Shown one piece after another: positions 19,274-30,215 of a stretch of 64,000 nucleotides of DNA. The stretch lies in NCBI GenBank assembly GCA_048264005.1, contig JBLXDP010000014.1:3565-67564 (forward strand), read 5' to 3'. The position numbers and the translations under genes are program-made. The notes under the pieces were generated by a model. The model was not told the origin of the DNA. It was given only the letters and a program-made list of their open reading frames with translations, and made no database searches. Positions within the stretch are counted from its first letter, which is position 1, and the number at the start of each line of letters is the position of its first letter. The stretch is from Marinobacterium sp. (GTDB lineage: Bacteria > Pseudomonadota > Gammaproteobacteria > Pseudomonadales > Balneatricaceae).

Positions 19274-19897
19274 ATGTTTGAGATTCTGGTGTACGCCATC
19301 GGCGTAATGTATACCCCTGGGCCGGTAAACCTGCTGAGTCTTGGTTGTGGCCTGAATGGTCAGGCTTCGCGTGGGCTGATGTTCTGCGTGGGAGTTGGGT
19401 TGGCCATGTTATTGCTGTTTCTGCTCTTTGGTTACACGGGGGCCTGGTTATTGGTGCCAGAATATCAACTTGTAATCAGTGTGCTGGGAGCAATGTACAT
19501 TCTGTGGCTGGCCTGGAAGGTTGGCCGTTCGGTATTGCAAGGCGGCGCCGTTCAAGTGGATCAGTCTGGGCATTCTCAGACTGAGCGGACACTCAGCTTC
19601 AAGGCCGGGCTAATCATGCAGTTGTGTAACCCCAAGGCGCCTTTGGCGGTCTTGCCCATAAGTACGGTTCAATTTCCTGCTGCGGGAATTGAAGGTGCTG
19701 GCATCTTGTTCTGGTCACTTTTGTTGGGTGTATTGGCGTTTGGGGCCCCGGCAAGTTACATGCTGATGGGCGCCCGCATGGGACGAATGGTTAGCTCTCC
19801 GATATTCTTCAGAGCTTTCAACGCTGTGATGTCACTTATGCTGGTATACGTGGCGGTTGAGATCATCTATGGGCAGGTGATCGAACCTTTGGTCTGA
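19274..19897 (+). CDS. LysE/RhtB-family exporter
   Basis: YTPGPVN and NPKA motifs, about 6 TM. Confidence 0.85.
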   Translation: MFEILVYAIGVMYTPGPVNLLSLGCGLNGQASRGLMFCVGVGLAMLLLFLLFGYTGAWLLVPEYQLVISVLGAMYILWLAWKVGRSVLQGGAVQVDQSGHSQTERTLSFKAGLIMQLCNPKAPLAVLPISTVQFPAAGIEGAGILFWSLLLGVLAFGAPASYMLMGARMGRMVSSPIFFRAFNAVMSLMLVYVAVEIIYGQVIEPLV

Positions 19898-19977
19898 GTC
19901 TTTCACTTAGGGCTATGGCGATCCGTCTGTGCTGGGTACAATCTGCGCCAAAATGTTAACGGGTTTTTGAGGGTAAG

Positions 19978-20433
19978 ATGACGTTAAGCTGGCAGCAACA
20001 CCAGGACCAACATCCATTTCTGACAACTGAAAGCACTCAAGGCCATCGTTATTTGGCCGCAGAGTCTGCAGTCACTCTTGAGAACGATGTCAAAGACGCG
20101 GTTGAGGCAGCACTGGAACAAGCTGAAAGCCTGCTGGATAGCAACGTGGTCAACAGTTCCTTGTTCTTCCTGGCGACTTGGGACAAGACTGAGTCAGTTC
20201 TCACTCTGAGTGTGACTGATGCCACCAAAAAAGAAGATGCTCCGGATCTGGTTACCTGCCGTTTCACTGCGCTTTCAGAACAGCTCGGTGCTGATGCCGC
20301 TGCATATGATGACTTGATCGCTAAGCTACAGTTCTGGATCAAGGATTACCTGTCCACATCAACGCGATTCATGAACTACTCTCTGGTGGCAGTGTTTACC
20401 GATAGTGGACGTGACCGTTGCCAGATCGTGTGA
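19978..20433 (+). CDS. Hypothetical protein
   Basis: 151-aa ORF with RBS, followed by a terminator; family not recognised. Confidence 0.65.
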   Translation: MTLSWQQHQDQHPFLTTESTQGHRYLAAESAVTLENDVKDAVEAALEQAESLLDSNVVNSSLFFLATWDKTESVLTLSVTDATKKEDAPDLVTCRFTALSEQLGADAAAYDDLIAKLQFWIKDYLSTSTRFMNYSLVAVFTDSGRDRCQIV

Positions 20434-20452
20434 GGCATTAACTCTCGAAACG

Positions 20453-20481
20453 AAAAAGGCGGCCTTTTTGGCCGCCTTTTT
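20453..20481. terminator. Bidirectional Rho-independent terminator
   Basis: AAAAAGGCGGCC-TTTTT-GGCCGCCTTTTT perfect inverted repeat between convergent genes. Confidence 0.9.
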
Positions 20482-20500
20482 GTATCCGGTAAAACTCTGA

Positions 20501-22579
20501 TTAGACTTTGAACCGTCCTAGCTGCTGGTCGAGGTGAGCTGCGCTGCTGGAAACCTCTTCACCCAGTGCGGTTACCTGGCTGGCCGCCTGAGCCAAGGCT
20601 TCCGCAGCGTCCCCTATCTGAGTAATGTTGCGGTTGATCTCTTCGTTGACCATGCTCTGCTCTTCCGCCGCTGTAGCCACCTGGGTGGTGTTTTCAGAGA
20701 TGGAGGTGATGCGTACCGAGGTGCTCTCCAGACGGTCAAAACTGCTGCGACAGTCTTCAACAGAGCGGTTGGCCTGGTCACGGCATTTCTGCATCTGACC
20801 AACGCTGTTATCGACATCGCGTTTCAGTGCTGAAATCAGGTTGTCGATATCTCCCGTCGCTTCCTGAGTGCGGCCGGCCAGTGTACGCACTTCATCCGCA
20901 ACGACAGAGAAGCCGCGGCCCTGTTCACCTGCTCGAGCGGCTTCGATCGCTGCATTGAGTGCCAGCAGGTTGGTCTGGTCAGCGATGCCACGAATGGTCT
21001 CGATTATGGAGTAGATCTCATCGCTGCGCTTGGCCACGTTAGCGATACTGTTGGATGTTTCAGTCAGCTGGTTGGCCATACTGCCAACTTCGTCGACGGT
21101 TTGGCCAAGGGTTTGGCGCGTGCCACTCACTTCCGTATCTGCATCGTTGGAGTCCTGGGCTGTCTGGCCAGCCAGGTGGGCAACTTCGGTTGCGGTCGCG
21201 GCCATCTCGTTTGCGGCGGTCGCAACGCTCTGCAGCTGTTGTTGCTGGTCGTGGGTGGCTGCACGTGTCTGCTGGGCGGCAGCGGCCAGGCTGGTCGCGC
21301 TGTGCTGCAGGCCCGAAGACAGGTGAACCAGTTCAGTGATCAGTCCACGAATCTTACGCGCGAAACTGTTAAAGCCATCCGCCACATCATTCAGCTCGGT
21401 ATGGCTAGAAGGTTCCAGTTCATGGGTAAGATCACCATCGGTACCGCCCAGCGCTTTCATGCGTTCAGCCAGGGCCCGAATAGGCTTGGTAAGGCCGTGA
21501 ATAAACAGATTTACGACGACCAGTGTCAGGCCCAGGATGATCAGGCTGGTGATGATCAGCTCCCAGGTGGTGGACTGGCGATTATCGGCGACGTCAGCAC
21601 GCAACTGCTGAAGCTCGGACAAGGCGACAGAGTAGGGGACTTCTACAATAATTTTCCAGCTGGAGTTGGCCAGTGTCAGCGTGCGTTCGGCACGGATAAC
21701 CTCTTTTGGATCAGGGCGCTGCAACAATGACGCCGCGGCACTCTCGGCCGTTTTTCCAAGTGCATTCGGGTATTTGCTGGATGCGATGATGCGGTTACGG
21801 TTGCTCAAAATACTGATGCTGGATTGGCCTTCATGTAGCTCTTTGGCAAGCTCAGTGGCCAGTGTTTGCATGGCAGGCAGGCCTACGTCGGCCCCTGCAA
21901 CCCCGATGACCTTGTTCTCATGCATGATCGGAACGGTAAGAGAGGTCATCAGAATTTCTTGGCCAGGCTGAACCTCGAACAGGTAGGGCTCAATCAGGCA
22001 CTCCTGGCGGCTTTCCAGGGGGCAGAGGTACCATTCGGATTCACGAATACCGGTATTGGTCAGGGTGTCCGAGTACTTTACTCCAGGGTCTTCTATTGGA
22101 GCGGTAGCAGGCTTGCCGTCATTCCAGAACCAGTAGATCGCCATCTCGCCCGCTTTGTTGCTGTGGCCATTGCTGACATCAAACATGTAGTCCAGCCCGT
22201 CGTAGGCGTTAGGCTCGAACATGGCATAGAGCGTATCAATCTGCGTGTTCATGGACAGGGCAGAGTGAACCAGTTCACTGGCAGAATCGCGTGGAATATT
22301 CAGCGAGCTTTGGGCGGTATTGGACAGATAGCTACCCACCGTGCGGGCTGAGTCGAAGCCGCGATTGAGCCGCATTTCAATACCCAGCGCAATGTTGTCG
22401 ACGGTTTGGTCCAGCTGATGCGTGATCTCTTCTTCTACAAGGGCTTCGGTATCATTCATCACCGTGTCAATCGATGTCTGATAAGCCTTGAGTGCCATGA
22501 AGATGATGATGCCCAGTGACAGGATCACGGTTATGGCTGAGCCGGTCAGCAGCTTGAAACGAATCGAAAAGGATTTCAT
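20501..22579 (-). CDS. Methyl-accepting chemotaxis protein (dCache sensor, HAMP)
   Basis: Two TM, dCache with EWYLCP...[32 protein letters not shown]. Confidence 0.95.
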   Translation of the reverse strand: MKSFSIRFKLLTGSAITVILSLGIIIFMALKAYQTSIDTVMNDTEALVEEEITHQLDQTVDNIALGIEMRLNRGFDSARTVGSYLSNTAQSSLNIPRDSASELVHSALSMNTQIDTLYAMFEPNAYDGLDYMFDVSNGHSNKAGEMAIYWFWNDGKPATAPIEDPGVKYSDTLTNTGIRESEWYLCPLESRQECLIEPYLFEVQPGQEILMTSLTVPIMHENKVIGVAGADVGLPAMQTLATELAKELHEGQSSISILSNRNRIIASSKYPNALGKTAESAAASLLQRPDPKEVIRAERTLTLANSSWKIIVEVPYSVALSELQQLRADVADNRQSTTWELIITSLIILGLTLVVVNLFIHGLTKPIRALAERMKALGGTDGDLTHELEPSSHTELNDVADGFNSFARKIRGLITELVHLSSGLQHSATSLAAAAQQTRAATHDQQQQLQSVATAANEMAATATEVAHLAGQTAQDSNDADTEVSGTRQTLGQTVDEVGSMANQLTETSNSIANVAKRSDEIYSIIETIRGIADQTNLLALNAAIEAARAGEQGRGFSVVADEVRTLAGRTQEATGDIDNLISALKRDVDNSVGQMQKCRDQANRSVEDCRSSFDRLESTSVRITSISENTTQVATAAEEQSMVNEEINRNITQIGDAAEALAQAASQVTALGEEVSSSAAHLDQQLGRFKV

Positions 22580-22749
22580 TGAAGAGGCCTGTGGGGTCTG
22601 TTGGGTTTGGACCTGCTACAAGAAGATCTTGCAGAATTTTATGAATGTATTAACGAAAGCTTTATAGATGAAACCCGCTCTGGTTTCAAATCTGTTGCTA
22701 AATGGTGGTGTCAGCTAACGAAAGGAGACGGTACCAGCATAGTACAGGC

Positions 22750-22781
22750 AAAAAAAAACGACCCCTAAGGGTCGTTCTTTT
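22750..22781 (-). terminator. Rho-independent terminator of the csp gene
   Basis: AACGACCC-CTAA-GGGTCGTT hairpin with an A9 tract (U tract on the minus strand). Confidence 0.85.
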
Positions 22782-22801
22782 GTCGCGGTCTAATTCAGAG
22801 A

Positions 22802-23008
22802 TTAGATAGCAACGATGTTCTCAGCCTGAGGACCTTTCTGGCCCTGAGTAACTGTAAACTGAACTTTCTGGCCTTCTTCCAGAGTTTTGAAACCAGAACC
22901 CTGGATAGCGCTGAAGTGAGCGAATACGTCAGGACCGTTTTCCTGAGCGATGAAACCGAAGCCTTTAGTTTCGTTGAACCATTTAACTGTGCCAGTAGTA
23001 GTAGACAT
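22802..23008 (-). CDS. cspA: Cold-shock protein (CspA family)
   Basis: [24 protein letters not shown]; long AT-rich leader; exact paralog name uncertain. Confidence 0.93.
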   Translation of the reverse strand: MSTTTGTVKWFNETKGFGFIAQENGPDVFAHFSAIQGSGFKTLEEGQKVQFTVTQGQKGPQAENIVAI

Positions 23009-23169
23009 AATAATTCTCTCGATCTGAGTAAAAATTTAACCCGTTGGATAAGCCCATTGGGTTGGGTAATGCTTAGGTAATCTTGGTACTTATGAATACA
23101 GAACGAGGTACTTACTAGGTAGGACGTCGAAATGGTGCATAAATGCTTGTGTTACTCTTAAGCCTGTTC

Positions 23170-23197
23170 AGAATATATGAATTAGGCCGGCGTGCAA
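23170..23197 (-). promoter_or_regulatory. Candidate sigma70 promoter of csp giving a leader of about 150 nt
   Basis: TTGCAC-N16-TATTCT on the minus strand; long leaders are typical of cspA-type mRNAs. Confidence 0.35.
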
Positions 23198-23238
23198 AGC
23201 TTTTTTACGTTTTTTTCGTGTATAGCGGCACAAGAAGT

Positions 23239-23263
23239 AAAAAAGGGGCTGAAAAGCCCCTTT
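23239..23263 (-). terminator. Rho-independent terminator of the upstream MCP
   Basis: AAAGGGGCT-GAAA-AGCCCCTTT hairpin with A tract. Confidence 0.8.
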
Positions 23264-23284
23264 GAATAGCAGATATAGTCCAGC

Positions 23285-25378
23285 TCAGACCTTGAAGCGA
23301 CTTAACTGCTGATCCAGTCGGGCTGCACTGTCGGCGACCTCCTGGCCCAGGCTGGAGACCTGCCCGGCAGTCTGAGCCAGTACTTCGGCGGCATCACCGA
23401 TCAGGGTAATGTTCCGATTGATCTCTTCGTTCACCATGCTCTGCTCTTCAGCTGCAGTGGCAACCTGAGTGGTGTTTTCTGAGATCGACAAAATGCGCGA
23501 AGAGACGTTGTCCAGTCGATCATAGCTGGCCTGGCTCTCTTCTACGGTCATGGCAGCGCGATCACGGCAGTGCTGCATGCGGCCGACGCTGTCATCCACA
23601 TCGTGTTTAAGCGCCGAAATCAGGTTGTCGATCTCACCGGTTGCATCCTGCGTGCGACTGGCGAGGCTGCGGACCTCATCGGCTACAACCGCAAACCCGC
23701 GTCCCTGATCGCCTGCACGAGCGGCTTCGATGGCAGCATTCAGAGCCAGCAGGTTTGTTTGGTCCGCGATATTGCGAATGGTCTCGATGATGGAATAGAT
23801 GTCATCACTGCGCTTGGCAACGTTTCCGATACTGTCGGAGGCGCCTTCAAGGGCTTGTGACATGGTGCCGATCTCATCAACCGTCTGGCGGAGCGTTTCA
23901 CGTGTGGCGCCCAGTTCGTGGTTAGAGTCCCCGGCATCCTGTGCCGTTTGGCCAGCCAGGTTGGCAACCTCCGTTGCGGTAGACGACATTTCGTTCGCTG
24001 CCGTCGCAACGCTTTGAAGCTGTTGCTGCTGATCCTCGGTCGAAGCGCGGGTCTGGTGAGCATTGTTGGTGAGCGAAGCGGCGCTCTGCTGGAGCTGCGC
24101 TGATAGCCGGATCAGTTCCTGAATCACATCACGTATTTTATGGGTGAAGCTGTTAAAGCCATCGGCAACTGCATTTAGCTCTTTGTGACTGAACGTTTCC
24201 AGCTCTTGAGTGAGGTCGCCTTCAGCACCACCCAAAGCCTGCATGCGTTCACCCAGCTTGGCTAATGGTTTAGTAATGCCAGAGATAAACAGGTTCACGA
24301 CGATCAGAGTGGCAGCAAGAATTGCACCCGCAATCAGCAGTAACTCCCAGGTTGTGCTGCTACGGTTGGCTTCCATGTCTTCCTGCAACTGGTGCAGCTC
24401 TGCAAGGGCGACTGATTTGGGAATTTCAATGATGATGCGCCAGTTCGCATTGGCAACAGATAGATTCTGAGTGATCAAAAAAATATCGGACTCTGGACCA
24501 TAAGCGGCCAGGCGCGATAAAAAGTTCGGCGCGACAGAGGCTACTTGATCACCGGCCGCATCCGGAAAGCGATTGGATGCAATGATGCGGTTTTTCTCAC
24601 TCAGCAAGGTGATGCTGGCTTGCCCACCGTACAGCTGGTCGGCCAACTCTTCGACCATGTCCTGTAACACTGGCAGGTTGAGGTCGGTTCCGGATACCCC
24701 GATCACCTTGCCGTTGTTCAGGATGGGCACGGTCAGGGAGGTCATCAGGACAGCATTTCCTTCACTGATCTCGTACAGGTAAGGCTCGACCATACAGTTC
24801 TTTTGGGTTTCAAGCGGGCAGAGATACCACTCGGATTCACGGATACCGCTTTCCAAGATGGTCTGGTCATATTTGCTGTCGGTCGATTCGGTAGGGTAGA
24901 AGGTGAGTCCTCCGTCTTCGCGCACCCAGTAGACGTCCAGCGTACCCTCGTTGGAACTGTGGGCCATCTCACCACGGTAGATGCTGTCGAAATTGTCATA
25001 CCCGTTGGGCTCGAACTGAGCATACATGGAGCTAACGCCTGTATTAGCTGCCAATTGGGCTCTGGTTAATTCTTTGACAGCATGGCGTGAAATTAGATTG
25101 TCCGATTTGGCAGTGGCGCCCAGAAAGTTGGCCAGACCTGTGACTGAGTCAAAACCTCGCTCCAGGCGCTGGCGGATATCAATTGCTATTTGATCACCAA
25201 TAACCTCAAGTTCCGATTGCACATTCTCGCTGAACAGCACTGAGGTATCGTCAACGGCGATGTTGATGGAGTTTTGGTAAGAGTTGAGCGCAAGAAAAAT
25301 TACAACGCCCAACGAAAGCAAGATTGCGATTGCTGAACCCAGCAAAAGTTTGAAGCGGATGGACAGATTACTCATCAT
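23285..25378 (-). CDS. Methyl-accepting chemotaxis protein (dCache), paralog of 20501-22579
   Basis: Same architecture, EWYLCP...CMVEPY, ends [10 protein letters not shown]; start at MMSNLSIRF. Confidence 0.95.
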   Translation of the reverse strand: MMSNLSIRFKLLLGSAIAILLSLGVVIFLALNSYQNSINIAVDDTSVLFSENVQSELEVIGDQIAIDIRQRLERGFDSVTGLANFLGATAKSDNLISRHAVKELTRAQLAANTGVSSMYAQFEPNGYDNFDSIYRGEMAHSSNEGTLDVYWVREDGGLTFYPTESTDSKYDQTILESGIRESEWYLCPLETQKNCMVEPYLYEISEGNAVLMTSLTVPILNNGKVIGVSGTDLNLPVLQDMVEELADQLYGGQASITLLSEKNRIIASNRFPDAAGDQVASVAPNFLSRLAAYGPESDIFLITQNLSVANANWRIIIEIPKSVALAELHQLQEDMEANRSSTTWELLLIAGAILAATLIVVNLFISGITKPLAKLGERMQALGGAEGDLTQELETFSHKELNAVADGFNSFTHKIRDVIQELIRLSAQLQQSAASLTNNAHQTRASTEDQQQQLQSVATAANEMSSTATEVANLAGQTAQDAGDSNHELGATRETLRQTVDEIGTMSQALEGASDSIGNVAKRSDDIYSIIETIRNIADQTNLLALNAAIEAARAGDQGRGFAVVADEVRSLASRTQDATGEIDNLISALKHDVDDSVGRMQHCRDRAAMTVEESQASYDRLDNVSSRILSISENTTQVATAAEEQSMVNEEINRNITLIGDAAEVLAQTAGQVSSLGQEVADSAARLDQQLSRFKV

Positions 25379-25680
25379 CCCTTCCTGAACGGAATAGCGG
25401 AGAAAATCAGGCATTCCTGTCTGAAAGTGGGCTCACGCTCGGGCTTAGGAGGCTGAAGAGTCCATTTTCAACCGCTTATAAGGCAAGTTATAGGGAACTT
25501 TGTGGGCTATGTCGACCCATGTGTCGCAATAAAGCAAGTCGGCGAGACTTTATCGCTTAGTCAACATGGTGGTATGGGAGCCGGCAAGCAGGTCAAAGTG
25601 ACTCCATCAAACTAGAGGTAAGTCTTAAATGTGCCTTGTATTCGATCGAGCACGAATTTGGAAACCTGCACAGTAGATCC

Positions 25681-25712
25681 ATAAAAAAACCACTCGGAGG
25701 TGTTTTTTTTAT
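25681..25712. terminator. Bidirectional terminator after the small ORF
   Basis: ATAAAAAAACCAC-TCGGA-GGTGTTTTTTTTAT inverted repeat. Confidence 0.75.
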
Positions 25713-25758
25713 GCCTGAGCTGACGCGAGCACAATAAAGGGGGGCAAAACTCGTTCGT

Positions 25759-25995
25759 TCAGTATGCTGCGTGTATCCAGCCCTGTTTGGCTAAGGCCTG
25801 TGCCTCATTGTGAGTTAGTTGGTAGGAAAGGTTATTGGAATGAAAGATGCTTTGATGCTCACTCAGCTGTGCTGAGGACGAACAGTTATCACACTTATTA
25901 TGAGACTTGTCCTGAACCAGGAGTCCTGAAATGAACAGTATGGCTAGTGCAGTTCCCAACGCTAAAACAGCGGGAGTATGTGCGTTTCGAATCAT
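25759..25995 (-). CDS. Small single-TM hypothetical protein (CxxC, His-rich C-terminus)
   Basis: 78 aa, AAGGGG RBS, own terminator, hydrophobic segment AVLALGTALAILFISGLLV, CDNC. Confidence 0.6.
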   Translation of the reverse strand: MIRNAHTPAVLALGTALAILFISGLLVQDKSHNKCDNCSSSAQLSEHQSIFHSNNLSYQLTHNEAQALAKQGWIHAAY

Positions 25996-26076
25996 GTGCT
26001 GCCCCTTTTATTGTTATTGGCAGGGAATAGCTTCAAGGCTATGCACTGAACGTAGAGGCTTTTGAGTGTTGGCGCA

Positions 26077-26113
26077 TAGTCCATTTGGACTAGATTGGAC
26101 TAGATTGGGATAG
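26077..26113. repeat. Array of TGGACTA(GAT) repeats: one inverted plus three direct copies at 10-bp period
   Basis: TAGTCCA-TT-TGGACTAGAT-TGGACTAGAT-TGGGATAG read directly. Confidence 0.8.
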
Positions 26114-26192
26114 CAGAGCGTAATGAGCAGGCTAGCGGGTAAACTCTGCGTGGTTAGGCTGGGTATTTGCGAAGCGCATTGAGCCAAGAATG

Positions 26193-26217
26193 AAACGGGG
26201 GCCTGGAGCCCCCGTTT
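26193..26217 (-). terminator. Terminator-like hairpin after minE
   Basis: AAACGGGGGC-CTGGA-GCCCCCGTTT. Confidence 0.75.
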
Positions 26218-26225
26218 GCGTGATG

Positions 26226-26474
26226 TCAGCTTTTTTCCGGAAGTGTGACGTTTAGCTCCAGAATGGAGCAGTCTTCATCCAGATTGATCTGTATATCGTC
26301 GGTGGATACGTCCACATACTTGGCGATCACAGCCAGAATCTCTTTCTGCATCTGCGGCAGGTAGTCCGGCTGAGTGCGCTGGTTACGTTCGTATGCGACC
26401 AGTACCTGCAGGCGTTCCTTGGCAACACTGGCCGAGGATGGCTGTTTCGATCGGAAATAACTCAGAATACCCAT
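26226..26474 (-). CDS. minE: Cell division topological specificity factor MinE
   Basis: [17 protein letters not shown]...[17 protein letters not shown]...LELNVTLP. Confidence 0.95.
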   Translation of the reverse strand: MGILSYFRSKQPSSASVAKERLQVLVAYERNQRTQPDYLPQMQKEILAVIAKYVDVSTDDIQINLDEDCSILELNVTLPEKS

Positions 26475-27286
26475 TAGCCCTTCCGTCCAAATACTCGGCT
26501 CAGGAACCCTTTGCGTTCCACGTTAAGGAAGCGATGGTCACGATCTTCTCCCAGGAAACGGGCGATCGCGTCATCGTATGCCTGGCCGGCATCGCTATCG
26601 TCATCCATGATGACCGGGATACCCTGGTTGGAAGCCTTGAGCACTGCCTGAGACTCAGGAATAACGCCCAGCAGAGGAATGGCCAGGATCTCTTTGACAT
26701 CCTCTACGCTCAGCATTTCGCCTGCTTCAACACGGCTGGGGTTGTAACGGGTCAGCAGCAGGTGCTCCTTGACCGATTCACCCTGTTCAGCCTTGCGGGA
26801 TTTGCTCTGCAGGACGCCCAGAATACGGTCAGAGTCACGTACGGAGCTGACTTCAGGGTTGGTCACAACAATCGCAGTATCGGCAAAATACAACGCCAGG
26901 TGGGCGCCTTTTTCGATACCGGCGGGTGAGTCACAGACGATGTAGTCAAAGCTTTCGGACAGCTCTTTCAAGACCGCTTCTACACCTTCTACGCTGAGTG
27001 CGTCCTTGTCGCGTGTTTGTGACGCGGGCAGGATGAACAGGTTTTCAGTGCGCTTGTCCTTGATCAGGGCCTGATTCAGCGTGGCTTCCTGATTGATGAC
27101 GTTTACAAAGTCGTAGACGACTCGGCGTTCACAGCCCATGATCAAATCCAGGTTGCGCAAGCCTACGTCGAAATCGATCAAAACGGTTTTAAAGCCGCGC
27201 AAGGCCAGTCCAGTACCGATAGCGGCGCTACTGGTCGTTTTGCCAACGCCCCCCTTGCCAGAGGTAACAACGATTATTTCAGCCAT
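26474..27286 (-). CDS. minD: Septum site-determining protein MinD
   Basis: [23 protein letters not shown]-terminal amphipathic KGFLSRVFG. Confidence 0.97.
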   Translation of the reverse strand: MAEIIVVTSGKGGVGKTTSSAAIGTGLALRGFKTVLIDFDVGLRNLDLIMGCERRVVYDFVNVINQEATLNQALIKDKRTENLFILPASQTRDKDALSVEGVEAVLKELSESFDYIVCDSPAGIEKGAHLALYFADTAIVVTNPEVSSVRDSDRILGVLQSKSRKAEQGESVKEHLLLTRYNPSRVEAGEMLSVEDVKEILAIPLLGVIPESQAVLKASNQGIPVIMDDDSDAGQAYDDAIARFLGEDRDHRFLNVERKGFLSRVFGRKG

Positions 27287-27319
27287 GCATGCATATCCAT
27301 TAAATGAAAAAGCGGTTCA

Positions 27320-28075
27320 TTAAAGTGAAACTGTATCCAGTCGAGACCCTCTGAGCAACGCCTGAGTGGGTTGTTGCCAACATTCGCTGTGCAGGTCTTC
27401 ACTGGTTTTGAAATAGCCGGCGATGGAAATCAGTTCGGCTTCCATGCTTTGGCAAAAAATTCGGGCTTCGGTATTGCCATTGACGCCTGCCATGGCGCGA
27501 CCACGCAAGGCACCGTAAACGTGAATATGGCCGTCGGCGATGATCTCGGCGCCGGCACTGACGGCTGAAAGTACGATCAGGTCGGTGCCGCGGGCATAAA
27601 TCTGCTGGCCGGAGCGCACAGGGGTTGTAATCACACGGGCCGCTACGGGCTCTGCCGGTTCTGGTTTGGCTTCCGGCTCTTGAGCATCTGTTGGCTCAGG
27701 AGTGGGCTCCGCTGCAATTTCAGGTGCCTGACTGCGACTGCGCTGCTGGCTGAAGTCGGCCAGCAGAAGAGCGCGGCAAAGCTCGGGGGCTGCGCTGATA
27801 TCGGCTTTCAAGCCAACAGGTACCAGAGACAAGCGGCGGCACAGCTCGAGCAGTTCACTGACCCGAGACTCGTCGGGGGTGTGCTCAAGGGCTTGCAGGT
27901 TCAGGATCACGGGCATGTGGCTGAACAGCATGGGGACTCGGGCGGCATGGGCTTCTAATTGGGGTTCCAGGCGCTGCACATCGTCGCAGCTCAGGATCAG
28001 TTCATTGAGCGAAGCTCGCGTACTCTTGAACTGGAATTCGTTTTCGGTCGCAACCTGTTGTGTGGCATCGGCCAT
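27320..28075 (-). CDS. minC: Septum site-determining protein MinC
   Basis: [33 protein letters not shown]. Confidence 0.95.
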   Translation of the reverse strand: MADATQQVATENEFQFKSTRASLNELILSCDDVQRLEPQLEAHAARVPMLFSHMPVILNLQALEHTPDESRVSELLELCRRLSLVPVGLKADISAAPELCRALLLADFSQQRSRSQAPEIAAEPTPEPTDAQEPEAKPEPAEPVAARVITTPVRSGQQIYARGTDLIVLSAVSAGAEIIADGHIHVYGALRGRAMAGVNGNTEARIFCQSMEAELISIAGYFKTSEDLHSECWQQPTQALLRGSRLDTVSL

Positions 28076-28253
28076 GGTGTTTAGTTCTCGCTAAAACGCC
28101 GGTGAATGCGTGACTTATCGCTATGGAGACGCGCTGTACCTTAGCATGGAAGCCGGGTCTGCTGACAGGGCAGGGCAACGCCTGCGCTGTTTTTTGACCC
28201 GGGTCATTGTAGTACACTGCGCCATCGCGTTTTAACGGAAGCTGAAAGCAATT

Positions 28254-28625
28254 ATGAAAGTTGTTCGCTGGATACTGGGTCTGATTGTAATGGGCCTGCA
28301 CGGTCTTACCCTGCCTCGTCGTGGCAAGCGCTCACCGCAGCAGCTGCAGCAGCTGGAGGAGTCCCTGCAGGGGTTTTCGCTGTACCAACTGCCGACCTGT
28401 CCTTTTTGTGTCAAGGTACGCCGCAGCATGCGTCGCCTGAATCTGCCTTTGGAGCTGCGTGATGTGCGCAGTGATGCCCGTCATCGTCAGGACCTGATCG
28501 AAGGCGGTGGTCGTATGAAGGTGCCGTGCCTGCGCATCGACCATGAGGGCGGCCAGACCGAATGGATGTACGAGTCTGATGATATTGTTGCCTTCCTGAA
28601 GCAGCGTTTCCCACTGGAGCAGTAA
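28254..28625 (+). CDS. Glutaredoxin-like protein
   Basis: CPFC, GGGRMKVPCLRI, WMYESDDI. Confidence 0.88.
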   Translation: MKVVRWILGLIVMGLHGLTLPRRGKRSPQQLQQLEESLQGFSLYQLPTCPFCVKVRRSMRRLNLPLELRDVRSDARHRQDLIEGGGRMKVPCLRIDHEGGQTEWMYESDDIVAFLKQRFPLEQ

Positions 28626-28638
28626 ACCTGCCTTTCTG

Positions 28639-28674
28639 AACAGGTTATAAGAAAAAGTTTTTTTATAACCTGTT
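28639..28674. promoter_or_regulatory. 36-bp AT-rich near-perfect palindrome upstream of cysG
   Basis: AACAGGTTATAAGAAAAA-G-TTTTTTTATAACCTGTT; function (operator vs terminator) not established. Confidence 0.55.
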
Positions 28675-28738
28675 TTAAGATTCCTGTTTTTAAGGCTATA
28701 GTATGAGCATTCAAGGTGCTGTACTGGAGCCATCCCCG

Positions 28739-30139
28739 ATGGATTATCTGCCGCTTTTTTTCGATCTGAAACAACGCCCCGTTTTGCTGGTTGGTGGCGG
28801 TGATGTTGCCCTGCGCAAGGCAAGGCTGCTGTCCCGAGCCGGTGCTCGCATAACCTGCATTTCCCATGCAGTGCTACCTGAATTGCAGACGATGTTGGAG
28901 CTGCATCAGGGCCAGGTCGTGATTGGTGAATATCATGCGGCACTGATTGATGAAAAGGTGTTGGTAGTAGCAGCTACCGATGATGACACTCTCAATGAGC
29001 GTATTCACCATGACGCTATAGCACGTAATGTGCCGGTAAACGTGGTGGATAGCCCCGCACTCTGTACCTTTGTGTTCCCTGCTATTGTGGATCGTTCCCC
29101 CATCGTGATTGGTATTACCTCTGGTGGTCAGTCACCGGTCTTGGCGCGCTTGCTGCGTGCCAAGCTCGAAACGTTGATCCCCACTGGCTATAGCCGCTTG
29201 GGAGAGCTGGTAGGGCGCTTCCGTAACAAGGTTAAAGCCCGTTTTGGCAGTGTGAATGAGCGTCGTGTGTTCTGGGAATCGGTTCTTCAGGGGCAGGTCG
29301 CCGAGCGCGTCTTTGCTGGCCAGGAACGTGCCGCCGAGGCCCTGTTGGAGCAGCAAATTGAGCAGGGTAACCCGCGAGAGCAGGTGGGTGAGGTTTATCT
29401 GGTTGGCGCGGGTCCCGGTGATCCTGAGTTGCTTACCTTCAAGGCGCTGCGCCTGATGCAGCAGGCGGATGTCGTGCTGTATGACCGTTTGGTGTCACCG
29501 GAAGTGCTGGATCTGTGTCGCCGTGACGCCGACCTGGTGTTTGTCGGCAAGAAGCGAGATAACCATGCGGTACCTCAGGAGGGGATCAACCAGTTACTGG
29601 TTGATCATGCCTTGCAGGGCAAGCGAGTGGTGCGCCTGAAGGGCGGTGATCCCTTTATATTTGGCCGTGGTGGTGAAGAGCTGGCTGAGTTGAAAAAGGC
29701 CGGTGTTCCGTTTCAGGTGGTGCCGGGTATCACTGCAGCCAGTGCCTGTTCGACCTACGCGGGTATTCCGTTGACCCATCGTGATTACGCCCAGTCGGTC
29801 AAATTTATAACCGGTCAGTTGAAGCACCGTACCTCAGAGTTGAATTACGCTGAACTTACACACCCTAATCAGACCATTGTGTTTTACATGGGGCTGCACA
29901 CCCTGCGCCAGAATTGCGAAGGTTTGATTGCCCATGGCAAGCCGGCCAATACGCCTGCCGCAATTGTATCCAAGGGAACTGCACAGGATCAGCGGGTGTT
30001 GGTGGGTACGCTGGAAACGCTGGCGGATTTGCAGGATGAAGCCCAGTTACCCGCGCCTGCATTGGTGATTGTTGGTGAGGTGGTCAGTCTGCAGTCAGAT
30101 CTGTCCTGGTTTGGAGAGATGGCCCCCTCCGCCGAGTAG
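28739..30139 (+). CDS. cysG: Siroheme synthase
   Basis: [50 protein letters not shown]. Confidence 0.96.
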   Translation: MDYLPLFFDLKQRPVLLVGGGDVALRKARLLSRAGARITCISHAVLPELQTMLELHQGQVVIGEYHAALIDEKVLVVAATDDDTLNERIHHDAIARNVPVNVVDSPALCTFVFPAIVDRSPIVIGITSGGQSPVLARLLRAKLETLIPTGYSRLGELVGRFRNKVKARFGSVNERRVFWESVLQGQVAERVFAGQERAAEALLEQQIEQGNPREQVGEVYLVGAGPGDPELLTFKALRLMQQADVVLYDRLVSPEVLDLCRRDADLVFVGKKRDNHAVPQEGINQLLVDHALQGKRVVRLKGGDPFIFGRGGEELAELKKAGVPFQVVPGITAASACSTYAGIPLTHRDYAQSVKFITGQLKHRTSELNYAELTHPNQTIVFYMGLHTLRQNCEGLIAHGKPANTPAAIVSKGTAQDQRVLVGTLETLADLQDEAQLPAPALVIVGEVVSLQSDLSWFGEMAPSAE

Positions 30140-30215
30140 GGCGGAGAGGGCGTTTCTGGTGTTGGTCGTGCGCTCTGTTTTTGTTGAGCGCTTCGCCTTT
30201 AATTGAGCGCTTGGC

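Noticed and set aside
25415-25680. c-di-GMP (GEMM) riboswitch or sigma28 promoter upstream of the MCP
   Set aside because: Only a small AAGTC/GACTT hairpin; no GEMM core and no convincing TAAA-N15-GCCGATAA
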